Below, one piece after another: positions 57,559-64,000 of a stretch of 64,000 nt of DNA (position 1 is the first letter of the stretch; every line of letters begins with the position of its first letter). The notes beneath the pieces are model-generated. The model worked only from the letters and a program-made list of their open reading frames with translations. It ran no database searches and had not been told where the DNA came from. The translations under genes were made by a program, and so were the position numbers. The stretch comes from a virus (Duplodnaviria > Caudoviricetes): the IMG/VR virus record IMGVR_UViG_2854208954_000001, positions 1-64,000 of that record; one strand, written 5' to 3'.

Positions 57559-57560
57559 CT

Positions 57561-58115
57561 ATGGGCAGAAACAACCGCAGAGCTTGCGGAAAAATCGACA
57601 AATTGCCTCCTGACCTCAAGGACACCGTAGATCAGATGCTTGTCAGCGGACAGACCTATCGTGAAATTGTGTCATACCTTGCTGATAACGGCGAACAGCT
57701 GTCACAGGCAGCAGTTAGCCGTTACGCATCAAGGTTTTTGGCGAACGCTCAGCAGTTACGAATCGCACAGGAAAATTTCAGAATGATACTCACCGAAACC
57801 GAGCGTTATCCTGAAATTGACCCTGCAGAGGCTATTTTGAGAATGGCATCACAAAAGGTTTTTGATGCCATATCAAAACTTGACGAAGGACAATTCGATA
57901 AAGTGTCTGCCGAAGACCTTTTAAGACAGGCTACTGCCCTTGCGAGAGCAGTAACATACAAGCGTAAGACCGACACGGATGTCAAGTCAGACAAGCGTCT
58001 TGCCCTCGAGGAAAATCAGAGCCTGCTTTATGACACTATCAAGAAAAGTAACCCACGGCTCTACAACGAGCTTATGGATGAAATCAACAAGCTCAAAGCA
58101 AAGGAGCAAGGATGA
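57561..58115 (+). CDS. DUF3486 / Mu gp27-like protein
   Basis: KIDKLP, TYREIV..L, SQAAVSRY. Confidence 0.85.
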   Translation: MGRNNRRACGKIDKLPPDLKDTVDQMLVSGQTYREIVSYLADNGEQLSQAAVSRYASRFLANAQQLRIAQENFRMILTETERYPEIDPAEAILRMASQKVFDAISKLDEGQFDKVSAEDLLRQATALARAVTYKRKTDTDVKSDKRLALEENQSLLYDTIKKSNPRLYNELMDEINKLKAKEQG

Positions 58116-58621
58116 TGAACATCAAGTGGTATGTTTTGTATGTAAACACAGGACAAGAACATGCTGTTGCGGAACAGCTCCGACATCGTGGTTATGATGC
58201 CATTGTGCCGATTGAAAACAAACTGATACGCTCAAAAGGCAAGTGGATAACCCAACCGCATATACTTTTTGACGGCTATGTTTTCGTTCGTATGGATTAC
58301 GAGTGGTCAAAATATTATGTGTTTAAGGGCATTCCGAACATTATTAGATTGCTCGGAGGTGGAACAAGCCCTATCCCTCTTACGGACACAGAATCAGAGT
58401 TTATTTTGACTTTGAGCGAACTTTTGAAAACTCCCTCGGTGCTTAAATTCACTGATGACGGTTACGAAACAGTCAGCGGATTTTTGGCTGAGAATAAAGA
58501 TAAAATTGTGAAAGTACAGAAACGATACAAGAAAGCAACGGTCAAAATTACCCTTGCAAGTGAGCCGACTGAGCTTACAGTATCGTTTACCGAACAAATG
58601 CCCGAACAGACGGCGGATTGA
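58112..58621 (+). CDS. NusG-paralogue antitermination factor (LoaP/UpxY/RfaH-like)
   Basis: WYVLYVNTGQE, ILFDGYVFV, IIRLLGGG; C-terminal KOW-like VSGFL. Confidence 0.85.
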   Translation: MMNIKWYVLYVNTGQEHAVAEQLRHRGYDAIVPIENKLIRSKGKWITQPHILFDGYVFVRMDYEWSKYYVFKGIPNIIRLLGGGTSPIPLTDTESEFILTLSELLKTPSVLKFTDDGYETVSGFLAENKDKIVKVQKRYKKATVKITLASEPTELTVSFTEQMPEQTAD

Positions 58622-58871
58622 TTCGTCTCCACCCGATGCAACGGCTGACATACGGCGAAGTCACCGATAACCTCAGGTTAGCGGATGGCGAAGCTATACC
58701 CAAGTTAAAAACAGCGGTTTGTTCGTTCATGGATAATCCCTCCGGTAATTAGTTCATATGGCTGACATTAAAATTAACACCACAAACCGCTGTTTTTTAT
58801 ATACATTAAAATGCTTTTAAACACCTTTTAACGGGTGTTTATTTTTATGCAAAAAAGAAAGAAGGTGCAAA

Positions 58872-59207
58872 ATGAATAAGCTGTCAAAACTTGAACAACT
58901 GCTCAAAGAAACAAACACGAAGCAGGAATTTAATATTGTTGAAGATTTAAAGTCACTTGCTCTGTCCTATGGAGTTGTTAAGTCAAGAGAGTTCAGAAAA
59001 AAATTAAATGCTCTTATTACGAAATATGAAAACGACGAACTAACGGCAATTCGGCAGGCACTTATAAATAAATGTCGAAACGGCGACACACAGGCTATCA
59101 AACTGTATGCCGACTATTTTAAACCGGAAACAGTAACAACCATTGATGACGGATTGATTGAGGCACTTGAAGGGGCAGGCGAGGAGGCTTTTAAGGATGA
59201 AGTTTAA
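58872..59207 (+). CDS. Possible terminase small subunit-like protein
   Basis: ALINKCRNGDTQAIKLY; directly upstream of terL. Confidence 0.5.
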   Translation: MNKLSKLEQLLKETNTKQEFNIVEDLKSLALSYGVVKSREFRKKLNALITKYENDELTAIRQALINKCRNGDTQAIKLYADYFKPETVTTIDDGLIEALEGAGEEAFKDEV

Positions 59208-60444
59208 GCCTTTTTCGAGAAAACAGCTAAAAGTACTTAGCTGGTGGAAAGTTGACGGGATAAAGGATAAATATGATGCGATAATTGCAGACGGATCAGT
59301 TCGTTCGGGAAAAACCGTAAGCATGAGTATATCTTTTATCTTTTGGGCAATGGCAACATTCGCTGACTGTAACTTTGCTATTTGCGGTAAAACCGTAGGC
59401 TCTTGCAGACGAAATGTTATTAAGCCTCTTATCAATATGCTCAAACATCGCTATGACATAAAGGATAAACGGTCGGAAAACTTGCTGATAATCAGCAAAG
59501 ACGGCAAATCTAATACATTTTACATTTTTGGCGGTAAAGATGAAAGCTCACAGGACTTGATTCAGGGTGTTACGCTTGCAGGTGTCCTCTTCGATGAGGT
59601 TGCTCTGATGCCAAGGTCATTTGTTGAGCAGGCTCTTGCCCGTTGCTCGGTTGAGGGTGCAAGGTTTTGGTTCAATTGCAACCCCGATAACCCTAACCAT
59701 TGGTTTTATCGTGAGTGGGTTTTAAAGGCTTCTGAAAAGCACGCTTTAAGGCTCAAGTTTTTAATGGACGATAACCTATCATTATCCGATAAGGTGAAAC
59801 AGCGGTATTACAGCCTTTATCAAGGCACTTTTTACCGCCGCTTTATTCTTGGTGAGTGGGTTATTGCAGAAGGTCTTGTTTATCAGGATTACAACGACCA
59901 CATCAAGGAAAAGTTGTGGGACGGCAACCCTGATGAGCTTGTCGGACTATGGTACATATCAATGGACTACGGTACTATTAACCCTTGCTCTATGGGACTG
60001 TGGTGCGTAACTGACAACGAGGCAATCCGTGTTGATGAATACTACTACAACAGCCGAAAAGAGGGTTATCAGCGAACTGACGAAGAGCATTATGCGGAAC
60101 TCGAAAAACTTGCAGGTGACCGCTATATAGAGCGTGTGATAATTGACCCGTCCGCCGCCAGTTTTAAAGCTACGATCAAAAGACACGGCAAGTTTTTTGT
60201 TAAGTCAGCGAAAAATGATGTCATAAACGGTATCCGAACTACAAGCCAAATGCTGACCGACGGCAGAATTAAAATCGGCGTTAAGTGCAAGGCATCACAA
60301 GAGGAGTTCGGAATGTACCGCTGGGACGATAAAGCTGAGGTTGACAAAGTAGTTAAGGAAAATGACCACGCAATGGACGATATACGCTATTTTGCTTATA
60401 CAGTCCTAAAGCGTGAATTTAAATACAAGGAGGTGAGCAGTTGA
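59197..60444 (+). CDS. terL: PBSX-family terminase large subunit
   Basis: GSVRSGKT, LFDEVA, NCNPD, MDYG, DHAMDDIRY. Confidence 0.96.
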   Translation: MKFKPFSRKQLKVLSWWKVDGIKDKYDAIIADGSVRSGKTVSMSISFIFWAMATFADCNFAICGKTVGSCRRNVIKPLINMLKHRYDIKDKRSENLLIISKDGKSNTFYIFGGKDESSQDLIQGVTLAGVLFDEVALMPRSFVEQALARCSVEGARFWFNCNPDNPNHWFYREWVLKASEKHALRLKFLMDDNLSLSDKVKQRYYSLYQGTFYRRFILGEWVIAEGLVYQDYNDHIKEKLWDGNPDELVGLWYISMDYGTINPCSMGLWCVTDNEAIRVDEYYYNSRKEGYQRTDEEHYAELEKLAGDRYIERVIIDPSAASFKATIKRHGKFFVKSAKNDVINGIRTTSQMLTDGRIKIGVKCKASQEEFGMYRWDDKAEVDKVVKENDHAMDDIRYFAYTVLKREFKYKEVSS

Positions 60445-61859
60445 AAAGGCGTGCTAAATATGTGTTTTTAAGTTGGTTAAGGAGTATTGTAAACAAACTT
60501 GACCCCGAAAACGCTACGAGTAATTATCAATTTGATAATATGGAAGAGGCTATGGAAGTATGGCTTGAAATATATGCCGATGAGCCGTCTTGGAGCAAAG
60601 ATTGCCACAACAAGACACTTAACCTCGGTGCAACGATAGCGTCCGAATTTGCACGGTTAATTATGATTGAATTTGAGAGCGAAATAACGGGTTCAGAGCG
60701 TGCGGATTATTTACAAGAACAGTATGAAAGATTGCTTGAACAGCTCAGAGTAAGGCTTGAGGCAGGTTGTGCGGTCGGCGGCATAATGTTTAAACCGTAT
60801 GTTCGTAATGGTGTAATCCTCCCCGATTGCATCACGCAGGACAAGTTTATCCCTCTTAATTACAGCAACGGCATAATAACCGCTGCCGTGTTTTTTAATC
60901 AAGAGGTCAAAGGCAAGAACTATTACACAAGAGTTGAAAAGCAGACTTACAGCTACGAAAACAAATCACACACAATCGAAAGTCACTTTTTTGTTTCATC
61001 CAGTCCCGACAACATCGGGGCGGAAATAAATCCTGAAAGTCTTGACAGCGATATGTGGTCGAGAATTGACCCATACATAGTTATCAATGATGTTGACCGT
61101 CCTTTATTTGCTTTTTGGTCTGTACCTTTTGCTAATAACATCGAAAGTGGCAGTCCCTTAGGTGTGTCTGTTTACAGCCGAGCAATTAAGCTGCTTAATG
61201 AGGCTGACTTGCAGTGGGACAGATATTTGTGGGAGTTTGAAGGCGGCGAGCTTGCAGTTGATGCCGGCGAAGAAGTTCTTCGACAGCGACCGGGCGAAGA
61301 TACGCTCGGAACACCGTCAACCCGTGATAGATTGTTTCGCAAATTTAACATTGATGCAGACGATAACAAAGATAAGTCTTTTTATGAAGTTTTTAACCCG
61401 ACTTTGCGTGATGATAACTACTCAAATGGACTAAACGAAATAAAAAGACAGATTGAGTTTAACTGCTCCCTTGCTTACGGCACATTGTCAAACCCACAAA
61501 ATGTAGATAAGACAGCGGAAGAAATCAAAGCATCAAAACAGCGTAGCTATACAGCTGTGTCTGATATGCAGCACTCGCTTGAGGCTGTACTTGAGGACTA
61601 CATATATGCGTGCAATGCTATGGCTGATGCCTGTAATCTTGCTCCAAGCGGAGAGTACGAAGTTAGCTTTAATTGGGGCGATGGCGTGCTTGAAGATAAG
61701 GACAAAGAGCAGGCTATACAGCTCAATGAGGTCAACAGCGGTATCCGCAAAAAGACCGACTACCTCAAATGGCGGTATGGAGTTGATGATAAACAGGCGG
61801 CAGAAATGTTACCCGAAAGCGGTGTACAAAGTTTTTTTGATGAAGGCGGTGGCACTTAA
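60441..61859 (+). CDS. Portal protein (A118/SPP1-like)
   Basis: SPLGVSVYSRA, IEFNCSLAYGTLS, KTAEEI, VSFNWGDG. Confidence 0.9.
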   Translation: MKRRAKYVFLSWLRSIVNKLDPENATSNYQFDNMEEAMEVWLEIYADEPSWSKDCHNKTLNLGATIASEFARLIMIEFESEITGSERADYLQEQYERLLEQLRVRLEAGCAVGGIMFKPYVRNGVILPDCITQDKFIPLNYSNGIITAAVFFNQEVKGKNYYTRVEKQTYSYENKSHTIESHFFVSSSPDNIGAEINPESLDSDMWSRIDPYIVINDVDRPLFAFWSVPFANNIESGSPLGVSVYSRAIKLLNEADLQWDRYLWEFEGGELAVDAGEEVLRQRPGEDTLGTPSTRDRLFRKFNIDADDNKDKSFYEVFNPTLRDDNYSNGLNEIKRQIEFNCSLAYGTLSNPQNVDKTAEEIKASKQRSYTAVSDMQHSLEAVLEDYIYACNAMADACNLAPSGEYEVSFNWGDGVLEDKDKEQAIQLNEVNSGIRKKTDYLKWRYGVDDKQAAEMLPESGVQSFFDEGGGT

Positions 61860-63681
61860 TGCTCACACCCGAACAGCTTGCCCATTGTGCCGATAATATC
61901 ATCAATCTTTACTCGCAACTTGAAGAACAAATCGTCCGTGACATTGCCCGAAGAATTGCCAAAACGGGTACAATGACCGACACGGGCATATGGCAGGCAC
62001 AGCATATGCAGGAGCTCGGCATTCTTCACTCTGAAGTGCTGTCAAGTGTCGCTAAGTATAGTGACAAAACAGAATCAGAACTAAAAAAACTTTTTGAAGA
62101 TGCAGGTGTGACCGCTACGGAGTATGATAACGAAATTTACCGTCAGAACGGTATGAATCCAAAGTCACTCAAGGTGTCTGATGTACAAATGCAATTACTT
62201 GAGGCAGGTTTTAAGAAAACGCAGGGCAATCTTAGCAATCTTACTCTGACCACAGCTGTGTCATCGCAAACGAGCTTTATTAATGCCTGCAGTCTTGCTG
62301 AACTAAAAGCATCAAGCGGAGCATTTACTCCGCAACAGGCAATTGCCGATGCAATTAAACAGGTAGCTCAAGACGGAGCGTATGTAATCTATCCCTCCGG
62401 TCATCGTGACCGACTTGATGTTGCTGTACGGCGTAATGTTATGACCGGCATAGGTCAAACCACGGGTCAGATATGCCTATCAAATGCCCAAGAGCTTGGC
62501 TGTGACCTTATGGAAATTACCGCCCACGCAGGAGCTCGACCGAGCCACTCGGCTTGGCAGGGACAGATTGTAAGCCTGAGTGGTCAAAGAGGTTACTTGT
62601 CCTTATCTGATATTGGTTACGGCACAGGTGACGGATTTAAAGGCTGGAACTGCCGACACGATTGGTATCCGTTCTTTGAGGGTAGTAGTCGAATGTACTC
62701 GGCAAAAGACCTCGAAGAACTGAATGCTAAAAACATTGAATATCCCGACGGCTCAATGCACACGCTGTATGAGGCAGAACAACAGCAAAGAGCCTACGAA
62801 CGCAAAATCAGGGTAACAAAAAGAACACTTGCCGCTTGTGATGAGGCTTTGAATAATCTTTCCGATGAACAGCTGTTACAAAAGTTAGAAAAAAATTTCA
62901 GCCACTATTCAAGCAAGTTGAAACGGCAGGAGTCAGAACTGAATAGCTTTTGTAAAAAACAGGATTACTTCCCGACCGTTCTCGTCAACAGGCTTATGGT
63001 TTTGGCAGAAGTACTGCTCAAAAAGCGGTGTGGAAAAATAAGAAAGCTGTTGCAAATTCCGCTGAAAAGAGTATAATTAAAACTATAAGTAAATCGGTGA
63101 AAATTCCTGATAATTGTAATTATTTATTAAAATCAGAAACTAATTTTGAAAAATATAATGACAGCGAGTTATCTGCAGATATTCTTAAAGCAATTAACGG
63201 TGCAATCGAAAAAAGATTATCCGAAAATGACGATTTCATATTTGATGAAATTAAAATTGCTAAATTTCCTATTGGGAATAAATCTGTATTCATTACTAAC
63301 TATGAAACAGGTGTACACCCTAAAACTCAGTTGTATTTAAATAGAGATTATTTTTTAAATGTAACATTAGATGAGTTTAATGCTGCTTGTTTGAATTATT
63401 ACGATTCAGGTTGGTGGCAAAGTGAGAACATCGAAGATTTAGTAAATCACGAAATAATGCATGCTCGCATTAACTACTATAATTCGTTTGAAAAGACTGA
63501 ACAGTTATATCAATTTTTAAATGAAGATACTCGTGTAAAAGGTTTTTGTAAATTGGTTGATAAATATCCTGATGAGTTTCTTAATGAGGTGTATGTTGCT
63601 ATAAACAAAGGAAAAAGTATAAGCAAGAAATATTTGGATGTATATTATGAATATATAGACACTTATTTAAGGAGATATTAA
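61859..63681 (+). CDS. MuF-type minor capsid protein fused to an HExxH metallopeptidase domain, split by a frameshift in A6 at 62954-62959
   Basis: AHAGARPSH, GWNCRH; the -1 frame continues KTGLLPDRSRQQAYGFGRSTAQKAVW into ORF 63028-63681 with NHEIMHA and EFLNE. Confidence 0.75.
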
Positions 63682-63682
63682 A

Positions 63683-63871
63683 ATGGCAAATTTACCAAGG
63701 TGTAGTAGTTGTGCTAACAGAAAAAACAAATTTGGTACTATATGTAAATATTATTTAAAAGGAATTCCAAAAGAGTTTTTAGCCGAAAAGCAATTTTGCA
63801 AGCATTATACAATAGAAACAGAAAGAGCTGAGAGTAATTATGATGATTTGCCTGTAGCAAAAGGTAGATAA
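63683..63871 (+). CDS. Small Cys-rich protein, candidate immunity protein
   Basis: CSSC...CKYYLKGIP...FCKHY; immediately after the peptidase domain. Confidence 0.6.
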   Translation: MANLPRCSSCANRKNKFGTICKYYLKGIPKEFLAEKQFCKHYTIETERAESNYDDLPVAKGR

Positions 63872-64000
63872 TTATTTATGCTTATTTTCAATTGTATCGG
63901 CTTTAATTACTGAAAGGTAAAGTTACATAGTTGATTTGATTAAAACAAAATTAAACGAATTTAAACGGGTATTAAAGGGGGTGTTTGAAACATCCCTTTT

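Larger units (their letters stand above)
48843..64000 (+). mobile_element. Mu-like transposable prophage (left part)
   Basis: Repressor/cro, MuA, MuB, GemA, Mor, DUF3486, terminase, portal, minor capsid; candidate TGT end at 48843 or 48846. Confidence 0.92.

Noticed and set aside
58620-58800. Region after the NusG paralogue as a third ribozyme
   Set aside because: Does not fit hammerhead, twister, twister-sister or pistol cores as I recall them; kept only as an antitermination candidate.
1195-62000. Many 60-175 aa antisense or off-frame ORFs in the track (e.g. 16552-16974, 25068-25508, 27497-28024, 33993-34499)
   Set aside because: They shadow well-supported genes and lack an RBS or recognisable motif; only 14704-15114 has independent support.
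1-64000. tRNA or rRNA genes and att core repeats
   Set aside because: None recognised by eye; tRNAscan-SE and a direct-repeat search including flanking DNA would be needed.

Overview
AT-rich Bacillota (Clostridia-like) DNA made almost entirely of mobile elements. (1) 1-4974: defence cargo, namely a 5'-truncated C5 methyltransferase convergent with an NgoBV/NlaIV-like endonuclease, plus a minus-strand three-gene ABC-3C/Lamassu-like operon and a small HTH gene. (2) ~5.2-45.1 kb: a near-complete HK97-type siphoprophage resembling the phi-m46.1 family, with sigma-like regulator, antirepressor, P4 primase, SNF2 helicase, terminases, methylases, amidoligase/GGCT, head, tail, lysis, a DNA polymerase A module, two excisionases and a Tn916-type tyrosine integrase. 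(3) 45.3-47.1 kb: IS3 remnant and IS256. (4) 47.4-48.8 kb: two minus-strand genes, one apparently cut by (5) a Mu-like transposable prophage running from ~48.84 kb off the right edge. Best finds, none in the ORF track: a type II hammerhead ribozyme directly upstream of the Mu transposase and a twister ribozyme in the same early operon; a phage C5 methyltransferase with an internal +1-frame gene that has its own RBS and 11 tandem TRD-like modules; a three-copy GTCC-N18-GGCTA hairpin motif marking phage module borders; an apparently permuted carbohydrate-binding-like module in Dit; a NusG-paralogue antitermination cassette; and a MuF-type minor capsid/metallopeptidase toxin with a candidate immunity gene. 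Three single-base losses in short runs may be sequencing errors. All family assignments come from motif recognition by eye; no searches were run.
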